The notes: generated by a model from the sequence alone, not told the origin. A stretch of 64,000 nt of DNA from a bacterium (GCA_963674595.2 CAXXFV010000023.1:224001-288000), one strand, 5' to 3'. Numbered from the stretch's first letter, positions 19,466 to 30,323 are shown. Numbers and translations: made by a program.

Positions 19466-19876
19466 TCAAGATTTTCCAAGTTTGATCGTACAACTATTAT
19501 TTCCAATTTTTGTGCTTTTATAAAAGATATCAAGACTATAGTTAAATGTTTTTCCCTCTTTGTCGCAGCTTGCTTTAATAAAAGTGTCCAGGTGGGCCCA
19601 GTCATGGGAAGTCCCAGCCGTGTTTTCCATCCCTTTAATCAGGACCAATTCAGGACCGGAAATTTCTTCACCTGTTTCAAAGTTTTTTAGTTTTACGGTA
19701 CATTTATAAGTGCCCAGCAATTCAGGGTCTGTGTGTGGTTCAATCGTAATTGTTGATGAATAGTGAGGCGCATTTTTTATATTTAAAGGTTCCTGAGATT
19801 TTGTAAGATCGGTCGTATATAGTACCAGAATTGATACTAAAAGAACAGCTAATAATATACTTTTCTTCATGATCAA
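19466..19876 (-). CDS. Small secreted hypothetical protein
   Basis: 136-aa ORF, N-terminal signal-like hydrophobic stretch, GAGAGG RBS, beta-rich pattern. Confidence 0.6.
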   Translation of the reverse strand: MIMKKSILLAVLLVSILVLYTTDLTKSQEPLNIKNAPHYSSTITIEPHTDPELLGTYKCTVKLKNFETGEEISGPELVLIKGMENTAGTSHDWAHLDTFIKASCDKEGKTFNYSLDIFYKSTKIGNNSCTIKLGKS

Positions 19877-19958
19877 CCTCTCTTATTTTAGATTATTTAT
19901 AAACAGGACAAAGATGATAATGTTTTGGTACGATTCCTCCTGCGATTATAATCCACAT

Positions 19959-21046
19959 TTACCTGTAAGCCGCCTTGTTAATATCGTTTAACGAATTAAT
20001 GGGCCTTGGCGGATTCAGGTATCCTCCTATATATTTATAAATTTTCACCCGAATTTGTTTTGCCGTCTTTGTATCCATTCTGTCAAAAGAATGTCCACCC
20101 GGTATGTCCTGATATATTTCATATTCAAACTGCTTTCCTTCAGCCTTTAATGACTTTACCAGGTGTTCAACTTCCAGAACATTTACATCTTCGTCATTGG
20201 TATTTGTATGAATTAATAAAGGCGTATTAAGTTTGTGTGCGTTCCATGCCGGTGATCTTTTTCGATATTCTTGAACATTTTTATGGGCTGTTTTTCCGAT
20301 ATGATAGTCGGCTGAATAAAGGTCACGGTATTCATCATCATAATATCCCATACGGGAAATAAGATCACTCACCGGCACGCCGGCAAAGGCTACTTTATAA
20401 TCCTGCGGATGTTCAAAGATATTAAATAACGTAATGAGCCCTCCGTGACTCCATCCGATGATGCCGACACGATCTTTATCAACAAATTCATAATTTTCGA
20501 TCATATAATCCCGGCTTGATTTTACGTCCTCAACCTCTAATCCGCCGTAATCAATTTTTTTATAATGAGATTTGCCATAGCCGGTGCTGCCCCTGTATTC
20601 TGCAGCCACAACAATATATTGTTGGGCCATCAGCTCTTTAATAATATGTGTATAATAGGTTGAAAAAATTACCATGAACGCCGCCGTGCGGAAAGACGAT
20701 AAGCGGATATTTTTTGTTGAAATCAATGTCTTTGGGAAGAAATATATAGGACCAGAATTTTGTCGGATTTCCGGCTCCCCAAGGCTGTCGGATTTTTTTC
20801 TTCCTTTAAAGGGGGACCGGTCATATAGACTTTGTCTATAAAGGCCACACTGCCCACTCGTTGAAACCATATAATATCATCAATCGACTTTTCCAGTTCA
20901 TCCAAACGGTGTTTAAGGTTTTTATTGTCTTTTTGCAGGGAATTGACTTTATCCGCAATATCTTGCTGTGAATTTTGACTAAAGCCCGCTGATACTAAAA
21001 ATAAGAGTAATAACGATAGCGTTTCGATGAGCATAGATTTTTTCAT
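19959..21046 (-). CDS. S9 (prolyl oligopeptidase-like) peptidase, split by two +1 homopolymer indels
   Basis: Removing one base from the run at 20777-20780 and one from 20663-20668 gives a continuous ...PTALGAGNPTKFWSYIFLPKDIDFNKKYPLIVFPHGGVHGNFSTYY...YRGSTGYG...GWSHGG...DEDV...GGHSF protein. Confidence 0.85.
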
Positions 21047-21363
21047 TATCGTTCACTTTCAAATTAAAAATTTTAACATGATGTGTTATTCATAATCTAT
21101 TTTTGCAATTCAGTTGTGCATACATTCAATCAACCCTATTCAAAGTATAAATACATTATCTTATTTAATCAAGCCCTGTTTTTTGTTTTATGTTATTTGG
21201 TAATGGGTAGAGTGGAGGGGGTAAAATTTTTAAAAAATATTTAATTGCCTACGAATTTCACCTGTACTGTTAGAACGACCTGATATTAGAAGAGAAAGGA
21301 CGTTAGAAAAATGGGTCAAATCTGATTTTCGTATATCCTGGCAGCATTGTTTCTTTTAGAACA

Positions 21364-22493
21364 TCAAAAGCTTTGAGAAATCCCCAGGGTTATAAATTGA
21401 CTTTTGTAGTCATAATAGGGATCGTTTGAGGAATTGGCAATATTTACCCAGGAAAGTGTGATTGAGATTGGCTGAAGTTTGTTGGCAATTCTAAAATTCT
21501 TTTTCAGGTTAATTCCATAAGAAAATTTATCATCTTCTCTTAAACGATTGTCAGGAAACGGAAGTCCTTCTAAATCCAGCGCAATTCTTTTATCATATTC
21601 TCTTTTTTGGAATTCGCTGTAAACCGACAACTGAACTATGCCGGGGAAATATTTTGTTAATTTCCCTGAAAATTCATAACTGTTATAGCCATAAACATCG
21701 TTAAAAATTTCATCGTCCGAATAGTAAACACCATCATAGGTGCCTAGATATCGAACAGAACTTGACAGGTTTTTTCTTGAAAGAAATTTTACATTTATAC
21801 CGGTGGTTGGTGTGATAGCCTGAGCGGCTTTGAGCATACTGACAATTTGCTGGCTCTTTGCCGGTTCCCAGTGTGACAATTTCCGGTAGTTCTTCTATTG
21901 TACTTGTGGTGTCGGAATTAAGATAGTTTTTTGACAGCAGATTAACTTCAGCAATGAGAGTTGTTCCGCTGTCAAAAAACTTGCTGAGACGGGTATAAAG
22001 ATTAATTTGGTGATGTGAAAATGCGTCTAAATAACTATAGTTGTTTAACAAAGCACTGAAGCCAATGTAAGCAAAGGTTTGTTCATTTATAATAAATTAT
22101 TGTTTATATAAAAATTGGTTTCTGTTAATTCAAACCATTGATAGTCCGGTGTGTGAAACCTTTTTCCAATATCAAAACCCACTTTTAAATGATGGTTAGA
22201 CTTGCTCCAATATTTATAAAATATTAATCCGCTTTCAACATTCTGGTAGTACGATTGTTGTATTTTTGAAAAATTCCCAAATCACCATTAACATAGAGGC
22301 GAACGCCATGTTTTTGATAAATCCAGTCGTTGTTAATATTGGCTTCAAGCCCGGTATAATAGTCCGGTAGAGAACGATAATTTGAAAAAGAGTTGTCCGT
22401 ATATCCACTTTGAGTTTGAACCGAGACACCAAGCTGTGCTTGGGATGTTGATAATAAAACCAGTATGAGTAAGGATAATATTTTTATTTTCAT
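21364..22493 (-). CDS. Outer-membrane beta-barrel protein, split by about three single-base indels
   Basis: Signal peptide; GYTDNSF motif; alternating aromatic beta-strands; terminal Phe (LGISQSF). Frame switches near 22248, 22095 and 21858. Confidence 0.7.
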
Positions 22494-22556
22494 TTTACAC
22501 CACCAAAAATTAAAAAATGGTGATGATTATTTAAAATCATCACCATTCAGTTCTTT

Positions 22557-23214
22557 TTATTTATTCGTACCGTTTCCTGAGCTGCCGTTACCGCCATTGC
22601 CACCGTTACCGCCGTTTCCACCATTTCCATTGCCTGGGTTATTGCCGTTACCGGATGTAGAACCGCCTGATTTACCAAAACCTTTTCCCATCTTGGCGCC
22701 TCGTCCGAGACAATCTTGTGGTCTTACCCAGTCTGCGTCTTTACCATTTGGGATACCGTCGCCGTCATCATCCAGCATTCGGTCGTTTATTCCGTCGCCG
22801 TCTTCATCAACAAATCCGGCAAAACGTCTTCCTTTACCAAAACCTTTGCCTGCTACTGCTCCGGTTCCATCCTGAGGTTTTACATAGTCCGGGTCCTGGC
22901 CGTTCGGGATACCGTCACCATCATCGTCCGGGGCATTGTCGTTAATGCCGTCACCATTTTCATCAACAAAAGCGAGCCCTTTGCCTTTTCCGGCGCCTGT
23001 TTTAACATAATCCGGGTCCTGGCCATTTGGAATGCCGTCACCGTCATCGTCTTTTGCATTATCGTTATAACCGTCACCGTTTACGTCTACAAATTTTTTG
23101 CCGTGTTCTACGGGTTTTTGGTTTTGTTGTTTGGGCAAATGTTTGTGGAATGGTTATGAAAAAGACAAAAAGTGTCATTATTGCTAAAAGTGTTGTCAAG
23201 CGTTTCATTTTCAT
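22557..23214 (-). CDS. Secreted Asp/Gly-rich Ca-binding repeat protein (DxDGDG, TSP3/EF-hand-like) with Gly-Asn tail; one frameshift after the signal peptide
   Basis: AGGAG RBS and ATG at 23214 give the signal peptide MKMKRLTTLLAIMTLFVFFITIPQTFA; an extra base near 23131; three FVD-x-[ND]GDG-x-ND...DDDGDGIPNG-x-D-x-D[YW] repeats; GNG-rich C-terminus. Confidence 0.8.
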
Positions 23215-23260
23215 ACTCCTTTTAATTTGGTTGTTATGTTTTTATTTCACTTCTACCTAA

Positions 23261-23276
23261 AGCAACAGGTGTGCCA
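23261..23276 (-). promoter_or_regulatory. Sigma-54 (-24/-12) promoter
   Basis: Minus strand reads TGGCAC-ACCTG-TTGCT (GG-N10-GC), about 47 bp upstream of the ATG at 23214. Confidence 0.8.
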
Positions 23277-23372
23277 AAAATATTTTCGCATGATTTTTTG
23301 TGCAAAAGATTATTAAAAATAATATTTTATGTTGATTTTATCTGGATTGTTAAAATTGGCAGGTTCATTAAA

Positions 23373-23415
23373 AATTCGACCAATTCGTCGAAAGAATCGG
23401 CGATTTGGTCGAATT
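23373..23415. promoter_or_regulatory. Inverted repeat, candidate enhancer (UAS) for a sigma-54 activator
   Basis: AATTCGACCAA-N21-TTGGTCGAATT with additional internal symmetry, 100-140 bp upstream of the -24 box and separated from it by an AT-rich tract. Confidence 0.55.
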
Positions 23416-23464
23416 GTGTGGTTTTTACCGACTAGAATTTCAAGATAATTGTGGAGGAAAATTT

Positions 23465-25952
23465 TTAAAAAACCCCTAAAAGGAGGGATTTTAAAATCCC
23501 TCTTCCATTTCTTCCTCCGTTTCCATTTCCGTTTGATTCACCGTTTTCTTCGCGGTTTCGTTCACGGCGGTAATTGTTGAAATTATATGTTAATGTCATC
23601 GTTACCATCGGAGATTTGCGTTCATGTTCACTGGAACTGTAAAATCCAGGACCTTCATAAATATGTTCATGTTTTGAACTGCTGAAAATGTCACGAATTT
23701 GCAATGTTGCAGAAAGTTTGTTTTTTATAAATTCCTGCTTTACACCGGCATTTGCCATAAAGAAACCCTCTCGGCGTCCCTGAGAAGAGACTGTCGGGCT
23801 GTTATACATACCGTTAATTTGGATTCGGGTTGATGTTCCCAGTTTAAATGTATTGTTCAACCGGGCACTCCAGTTATTACTTTTTCTTGAAAAATCGCTG
23901 TCATATAAAACACCTTCCACACGATAGCGGTAAACGTCTCCCATAAGGTTCAGGTTCCACCATTTTATTAAATCGTGGTTTACCATCATTTCTACACCCA
24001 ATGTATAATCTTTACCGACATTTTCAATGCTGTGAAGAAAAATATTGGTTTCATAAATGGAACGTACCCGTTCCACTTTATTGTTTGTGATCCGATAATA
24101 GGACTCGATAGAAAAGATACTCTTATTGATCTGTTTTTGATAACCCCATTCAAAAGAGTCGATATATTCCGGTTTTAATCCGGGATTTCCCTGTCTTACA
24201 TTATAAGCGTCGGTCCAGGTCAGGAACGGCTCCAGGTAATAACCACGCGGTCTTTCGATTCTGCGTTGTATAGCTGACCATTGTTTGGTTGCCTTTAGAA
24301 AACTCGTAGGAAAAATGGACAGTTGGGAAAAGGTCCCATCTGTCTATTTTAAATTCCTGTGCTTCACCGACAAGTTCAATGGTCCGGTAGGTGTATTCAC
24401 CACGCAAACCACCCTGGAAACCCAGAGGACCGGTTTCTCCGGAATAGATGGTATAGATAGAATGAATTTTTCTGTTGTATTGAATGGAATGACTGAATTG
24501 TGGTTGTAAAACATATATGCCGGTTACCGGTTCATAATCAGACATGGTTGTTCCGTCTTCAGATTCGCTTATACGGCTTTGGAATCCGGCTTCAAATTTG
24601 TCATTTTCCCGGAGCGGCAACGTATAATCCATTTTAACACGAATATTGTCGCCAGGACCATTTTCTGTGGAAAGCTGACCGCTGGTAATAGTATTGCCCT
24701 GTAACAATTGGTTGGTCGCTTCTTCGTCACCTTCCCGATGACTGGATTGGATTGCTGCGGAAATTTCGTGCCCTTTTTTGGCAAACTTGTGTTGGTAATC
24801 CATATTCAGGGAATAATAATCACCGTCACGTTTCCAAATACTTGAACTTGTATATAGATTGTGCAGGAATCCCGGTATTGTCCATTCGTCGTAATCCTGT
24901 GATCTGTTGTTGTTCATTGAACGGTAACCATATCTAAAACCGAAACGAATCAGGTCGTTTTTACTCGGATACAGGTCCAATCCGCCTCTAATTCCATAGG
25001 ATTCCATTTTGCGTTTAGAGTCGCCGCTTGAGTAAATATAGGATGTCGTATCATCAGAAAATGTTCTGTTTTCACTTTTTGATGTGCCGGGAAAATTTCT
25101 GGAATTATAATTGGCGCTGACATAGGCTGTAAATTTTTCCTGTCTGAAATTTATTAAAAAATCTCCGCCGTATTTTTCATCCAATCCGGCATTAAGATTT
25201 ACCATGCCGCTTTGTCCGTTTAGGCTTTTCTTTTTGGTTATAATATTAATGATGCCCGAGGTCCCATCCGGGTCGTATTTTGCCGAGGGATTTGTGATGA
25301 TTTCTATATTTTCAATACTGCTGGCCGGTATCTGCTGCAAGGCTTCATTCGCATCCAAAACAGAAGGTCTGTTGTCGATAAGTACCATAAAACTGCTGCT
25401 GCCCCGAAGGGAAACGTTTCCATCAATGTCAACGCGCACAGAAGGTACATTCTCCAGCACTTCTACAGCCGAACCGGACAGTGAGGTAAACTGTTTGCTG
25501 ACATTAATGACTTTTTTATCAATTTTATATTCAATCGGCGCTTCCTCCGCTTCAACCTGAACACCTTCCAGCATTAAAATGGCCTGTTCAAGTTCTATCT
25601 TTCCCAGGTCTATTTGTTCCTGACCGGGTTTTACGCGAATATCTTCACGGTTGTATTGGTGATAGCCCATAAATTTTACCTGAAGTGTATAAACACCGGG
25701 TTTTACTCCTTTTAATACAAACAGGCCTTCCTTGTCTGAAGTGGTACCTGAAAACTGTTTTTGTGTTTTTTGTTGTATAAGAATTATGTTGGCATATTCT
25801 ATTGTAGCATCGATTGCGGGATCCACAACCTTTCCTGTTATGGTTGCACCACCCATATTTCTCTGATAATTACCTCGCTGTGGTTGTGCCGGTTGTATTG
25901 CATAGCATGTCACCGCTACCATGAGAATAATACTGCTGATTATTTTTTTCAT
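23465..25952 (-). CDS. TonB-dependent receptor (carboxypeptidase-regulatory N-domain, plug, OMP_b-brl_3-type barrel), split by a frameshift
   Basis: IEYKIDKKVINV, LENVPSVRVDIDGNVSLRG, IEIITNPSAKYDPDG plug motifs; an extra base near 24266 interrupts SYTRRIERP. A probable second indel near 23515 would restore an ...EEMEEGF* end at 23491. Start taken at MKKIISS. Confidence 0.85.
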
Positions 25953-25995
25953 TCTGGTTCTCCGTATATCTGAATTTTGCATAATATACATGTTG

Positions 25996-26028
25996 ATTCT
26001 GTAGAAATTTTATGTGAATTTTGTAGAG
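25996..26028. promoter_or_regulatory. Three tandem 11-bp-period repeats (ATT[CT]TGTAGA-like), candidate OmpR-family operator
   Basis: attctgtagaa/attttatgtga/attttgtagag upstream of the TonB receptor; the same motif occurs upstream of the response regulator. Confidence 0.55.
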
Positions 26029-26181
26029 AGATTGTATTTTTTTGTTTGGAAAGAATACAAGCATTCACCTGCAAAAATAGATTTGTTAAGCAAAAGAAAA
26101 GCTATTATAAGCCAAACAAAATCAATGTTTATTTGTTTTGGGACTTTCCGGGTTATACAGGATAGATTTGTTGGGAAGAAA

Positions 26182-27462
26182 TCATGACTCTTTAAGGTTT
26201 ATCAATTGAAAAATATGTTGTTGATTTTCATATTGATAATTAATATCAATGTCGTTCAAATCACATATTTTTTTTACAAGAGCAAGTCCTAATCCCAGGG
26301 AAGCTTTTTTACTGTCTTGCCGGTAAAATCGTTGAAAAATATGTTCAGGCGTTTTTTTCAGCGGTTCACCATAATTGGATATCAATAGCAATTGATTATT
26401 GGTTTCAATGGTTATTGGTTTTTCTGCTGTACCATAACTTATGGCGTTTCGTAACATGTTTTTCAATATAATATCAAATAAAAATGGATCCATCCAGATA
26501 ATATGGCCGGCATCCAGTTTTGTATTTATCGTTATAGATTTGAGACCTGCAAGTTCCCGGATAGATTCTATATGTTTTTCAATAACAGGTTTTGTTTGAA
26601 TGATGGCGGTATTATTGTATTCCTTGTTTTCAATTTTGGTTAACAGGTTTAGGGTTTTTCCAAGTTTGGATAAATGATTGATTTCATCATAAATAATTTT
26701 AATGGTTTCCGCCTGATTTTTCATAACGTTATCGTCAGCAATCAGGTTTTCTATTTTATTTCGAACTATGGTCAGCGGGGTTTGCATTTCGTGGGCCATG
26801 TTTTCCGTATATTCTTTTAAATTTTGGTAATCATTTTCGATACGGTCAATCATTTGATGATAAAGGTCCTGCATTTTTTTAAATTCTGATGTTGATGTGT
26901 TTATTTTAGAGATTGAGGACCTTTGGCCAACATGATATATACTCATTTGGTGCAGGATTCTGTTAAAAGGCCTGAAAAATAAACCGGATGATAAAAAATT
27001 AAAAAGTACGATGCCGATAGAAAGCAGGATAAAGGCAGGTATGAGAGCGCCAAAAATATTATTTTTTAATTTCAAATAGTCATCAATGTCAAGCATGATG
27101 GAAACTTTGTAATAACCCGGTTTTGCTTTTATTTTAGTTGTTTTGATACGATTTGTTTTAAAAACATCCAGGTCTTCGTTGTATATCAATGTATCCTGAT
27201 AGGATGGTTTTATGCTTTTAGCCAATGTGGAATCTAGCTCTGTAATTGAAATGAAATGCGGTACTGATTTTATATCTCGGCCGTGATTTATTTTATATTC
27301 AATTTTTTTTTCATGAAACCAATAGCGGTGGTTGAGCTCTCCGTTTATAAATTTATTGGCCTCGTTTGTCAGTAACATAGCGCTGCTGAAAAAGGCAACA
27401 AAGGTAAACAATAGATAGATAAGAGTAGATTTGGTTAATAGTTTTAATGATTTTTTTTTCAT
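26182..27462 (-). CDS. Membrane sensor histidine kinase (two TM helices, HisKA, HATPase)
   Basis: ENMAHEMQTPL H-box, NMLRNAISY N-box, IFQRFYR, GLGLALVKKI. Confidence 0.93.
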   Translation of the reverse strand: MKKKSLKLLTKSTLIYLLFTFVAFFSSAMLLTNEANKFINGELNHRYWFHEKKIEYKINHGRDIKSVPHFISITELDSTLAKSIKPSYQDTLIYNEDLDVFKTNRIKTTKIKAKPGYYKVSIMLDIDDYLKLKNNIFGALIPAFILLSIGIVLFNFLSSGLFFRPFNRILHQMSIYHVGQRSSISKINTSTSEFKKMQDLYHQMIDRIENDYQNLKEYTENMAHEMQTPLTIVRNKIENLIADDNVMKNQAETIKIIYDEINHLSKLGKTLNLLTKIENKEYNNTAIIQTKPVIEKHIESIRELAGLKSITINTKLDAGHIIWMDPFLFDIILKNMLRNAISYGTAEKPITIETNNQLLLISNYGEPLKKTPEHIFQRFYRQDSKKASLGLGLALVKKICDLNDIDINYQYENQQHIFQLINLKES

Positions 27463-27464
27463 AA

Positions 27465-28142
27465 TTAATGGTCCGAAAATTTATATCCCATACCATACAT
27501 GGCCCGAATATAGTTTTTCCCTCCGGCCTGCAGGATTTTTTTTCTCAGATTTTTTATGTGGTTATATAAAAAGTCATAACTATCTGCTTCATCAATGTGG
27601 TCGCCCCAAAGGTGTTCGGCAATACTTTCTTTCGTCAGCACCCGGTTGGGATTATACATAAAATAAACCAGCAGATCATATTCTTTTTTTGTGAGGTTTA
27701 ATTCTATTTCGTTTATATAAGCTATAGAGGCTAGTGTATCCACTTTTAAATTATCTATTTTTAAGAATTGACTGCGGTTAAATTTATTTCTGCGTAATAT
27801 AGAGCGAATGCGGGCATGAAGTTCGGTTTTGTGGAAGGGTTTTGTTATATAATCATCAGCCCCCAGATCAAGCCCAAGTACTTTATCTTCCAGGGCATTT
27901 TTAGCGGTGACGATTAAAATGCCCGAATCAAGTTCTTGTTTTTTAATTTCACGAACCAGGTCAAGCCCGTTACCGTCCGGCAAACCAATGTCAACAATGA
28001 TAAGATCATATTGATAATCATTTACTTTTCTACTGGCTTCATCCAACGTTGCCGCAAGTTCGACAATGAATCCGTTTTCTTTTAAAAATTGCTGCATGTC
28101 GGCAGCCAGTGTAATATTGTCTTCTAAAATCAAGATTTTCAT
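27465..28142 (-). CDS. OmpR/PhoB family response regulator
   Basis: MKILILEDN, IVDIGLPDGNG, LGADDYITKPF, winged helix LTKKEYDLL...YGMGY; start at MKILIL. Confidence 0.95.
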   Translation of the reverse strand: MKILILEDNITLAADMQQFLKENGFIVELAATLDEASRKVNDYQYDLIIVDIGLPDGNGLDLVREIKKQELDSGILIVTAKNALEDKVLGLDLGADDYITKPFHKTELHARIRSILRRNKFNRSQFLKIDNLKVDTLASIAYINEIELNLTKKEYDLLVYFMYNPNRVLTKESIAEHLWGDHIDEADSYDFLYNHIKNLRKKILQAGGKNYIRAMYGMGYKFSDH

Positions 28143-28172
28143 GGTGCCTCTTTTTTTATAAAATACAAAATA

Positions 28173-28194
28173 ATTTTGTAGAAATTCTATATTT
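28173..28194. promoter_or_regulatory. Tandem repeat matching the operator upstream of the TonB receptor
   Basis: attttgtagaa-attctatattt, about 30 bp upstream of the regulator ATG. Confidence 0.5.
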
Positions 28195-28212
28195 TTATGC
28201 CTCCTTTTAAAC

Positions 28213-28247
28213 AAAAAAGCCTCCTGTAAATATTTTAACAGGAGGCT
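28213..28247 (-). terminator. Intrinsic terminator after deaD
   Basis: AGCCTCCTGT/ACAGGAGGCT 10-bp stem followed by a U-tract on the minus strand. Confidence 0.85.
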
Positions 28248-28252
28248 GTATA

Positions 28253-30004
28253 TTAGCTGATATTTTTGTTTTTACGTCTTTTGGCTTTTTGTTTTGGGGG
28301 AGAGGTCCTCGTTTTGAGTTTCTTTTTCCCAAAGTGTTGTTTAGGCAGTTCTGTTGATTTGGAAATTTTTAATTGTTGGCCGGCAACCCATACCTTTTTT
28401 AATATTTTAAAAATATCTTTGGGCATATTTTCCGGCAGATCAACTGTGCTGTAATCATCCATAATATTTATTTGACCGATGAATTCACTGTCCAGCCCAA
28501 CCTCGTTAGCAATTGCACCAACAATATTGCCGGGTTTAACACCGTGAGCATGTCCGACTTCAATCCGGAAACGTTCCATGCCCGCTTCGGGCTCGATAGA
28601 TCTTTTTAGCCGTTTTATGCTTGTTTTACTTTTTTTACGAATCGGCTCTTCATCTTCCGGTTCCGGTCTGTATTTTTTTTCTTTCAACAATAGCGGTGTG
28701 TCTCCCTGGACCATTTGTGCCAGTGCGGCTGCAATGATTATCGGATCTGCATTGTGTTCTTGTTGAAACTGATCAACAATTTTGTGAAAAATACCCAGGT
28801 CTTCCGATTCCAAAGTATCTGCTATTCGTTGTTTAAATCTAATTATTCGTTGGTCATTGATCATTTCCGCAGAGGGCATCTGCATAAGTTCAATTTTTTG
28901 ATTTGTGGCTCGCTCAATAGAAGACAGCATGCGTTTTTCTCGTGGAGCAACAAACAAAATAGCTTCTCCGGTTCGTCCGGCCCGACCGGTTCGTCCGATT
29001 CGGTGAATGTATGCCTCCGTATCATAGGGAATGTCATAATTAATAACATGACTGATTCGGTCAACATCAAGACCCCGTGCGGCAACATCGGTAGCCACTA
29101 AAATGTTTAGCGTCCCGTTTTTTAAATGTTCTATTGTGCGTTCTCGCTGAGACTGGGCAATATCGCCGTTAATCGGCGCAGCCGCATATCCCCTGGCCAG
29201 TAATTTTTCGGCAAGCTCAACCGTTGCATTACGGGTACGTACGAAAATGATAATGCCGTCAAAAGTTTCAGCTTCCAGAATACGTGTTAATGCGTCGAGT
29301 TTATGCAGTCCGCTAACCATCCAATAACGTTGTCGGGTTGTTTCAACCGTTGTTGTATGAGTTTTAATGGTTATTTCCTGCGGGTCTTTTAAATATTTTT
29401 GAGCAATGCTGCGAATTTGTTTGGGCATTGTTGCAGAAAAAAGTGTTACCTGGCGTTTTTCCGGTGTTTGTTCCAATATCCATTCAACATCATCTATAAA
29501 ACCCATACGCAGCATTTCATCTGCTTCATCCAAAACGACGCAATCTATAGAATCGAGGTTTAATGTTTTTCGACGCATGTGGTCCATAACACGGCCTGGT
29601 GTGCCGACAACAACATGTACGCCTCTTTTTAACCGTTTAAACTGTATGCCAAAATCCTGGCCTCCGTAAATTGGCAGAATGTGAAAATTTTTTATAAAGT
29701 GCGCATATTTTTGGAATGCTTCTGCAACCTGGATAGCCAGTTCTCGAGTCGGTGTTAAAACCAATACCTGTGGTGCGGTCTTTTTTAAATTTATATTTGA
29801 AAGCAACGGCAAAGCAAATGCGGCTGTTTTCCCTGTTCCTGTTTGGGCTTGCCCAACAACATCCTGTCCATTCAGAATATGTGGTATAACTTGTGCCTGG
29901 ATAGGGGTTGGTGTTTCATATCCAACATTTTTTAAAGCTTTTAATAACGGTTTAATAAGTAAAAAGTCATCAAAGGTCATGTTGGATATATTTTCATCGG
30001 GCAT
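28253..30004 (-). CDS. deaD: DEAD-box RNA helicase DeaD/CsdA
   Basis: Q motif (PTPIQ), AQTGTGKT, PTRELA, TPGR, DEAD, SAT, ARGLD, HRIGRTGRAG, C-terminal DbpA-type RNA-binding domain. Confidence 0.95.
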   Translation of the reverse strand: MPDENISNMTFDDFLLIKPLLKALKNVGYETPTPIQAQVIPHILNGQDVVGQAQTGTGKTAAFALPLLSNINLKKTAPQVLVLTPTRELAIQVAEAFQKYAHFIKNFHILPIYGGQDFGIQFKRLKRGVHVVVGTPGRVMDHMRRKTLNLDSIDCVVLDEADEMLRMGFIDDVEWILEQTPEKRQVTLFSATMPKQIRSIAQKYLKDPQEITIKTHTTTVETTRQRYWMVSGLHKLDALTRILEAETFDGIIIFVRTRNATVELAEKLLARGYAAAPINGDIAQSQRERTIEHLKNGTLNILVATDVAARGLDVDRISHVINYDIPYDTEAYIHRIGRTGRAGRTGEAILFVAPREKRMLSSIERATNQKIELMQMPSAEMINDQRIIRFKQRIADTLESEDLGIFHKIVDQFQQEHNADPIIIAAALAQMVQGDTPLLLKEKKYRPEPEDEEPIRKKSKTSIKRLKRSIEPEAGMERFRIEVGHAHGVKPGNIVGAIANEVGLDSEFIGQINIMDDYSTVDLPENMPKDIFKILKKVWVAGQQLKISKSTELPKQHFGKKKLKTRTSPPKQKAKRRKNKNIS

Positions 30005-30323
30005 TATATTCTCCTAAATTGTTACATAATAACTCTGGCAATATTTGAGAAATGGTTCTGCTAAATACAAACGTTGTAATGGGAAATTTTTCAAGCAGGA
30101 ATATCTACAAATTATTTTTTTGTTGGAATGCTAGAGTCGTGTGATGTGCTACGTGAATTGAAAACAAAAAAATAAGCTGCCTTCTGTTCGAAAGCAGCTT
30201 TCCTTTCATATAATATGAAATGTACAGCTTTTCTTTTTAAAAAACAATGCTTTTGTTTTGTATTTAATGTGTAAATATTATTATATTGCATAAAGGATTT
30301 ATTTCGATTTTGTTGTAAAGAGG

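Noticed and set aside
22557-23100. Repeated ~40-bp units and 9-bp GC-rich repeats as a possible CRISPR array or VNTR
   Set aside because: The repeats vary at third codon positions and encode the DxDGDG and GNG protein repeats; there is no repeat-spacer structure and no cas gene.
23483-23502. Perfect 20-bp palindrome GAGGGATTTTAAAATCCCTC as an operator or recombination site
   Set aside because: It spans the probable true stop codon of the TonB receptor and is adequately explained as part of its terminator.
19959-25952. Programmed frameshifting or true pseudogenes
   Set aside because: Indels go in both directions, several occur per gene, no consistent slippery motif with a downstream structure is evident, and there are no nonsense substitutions; assembly error is more parsimonious.
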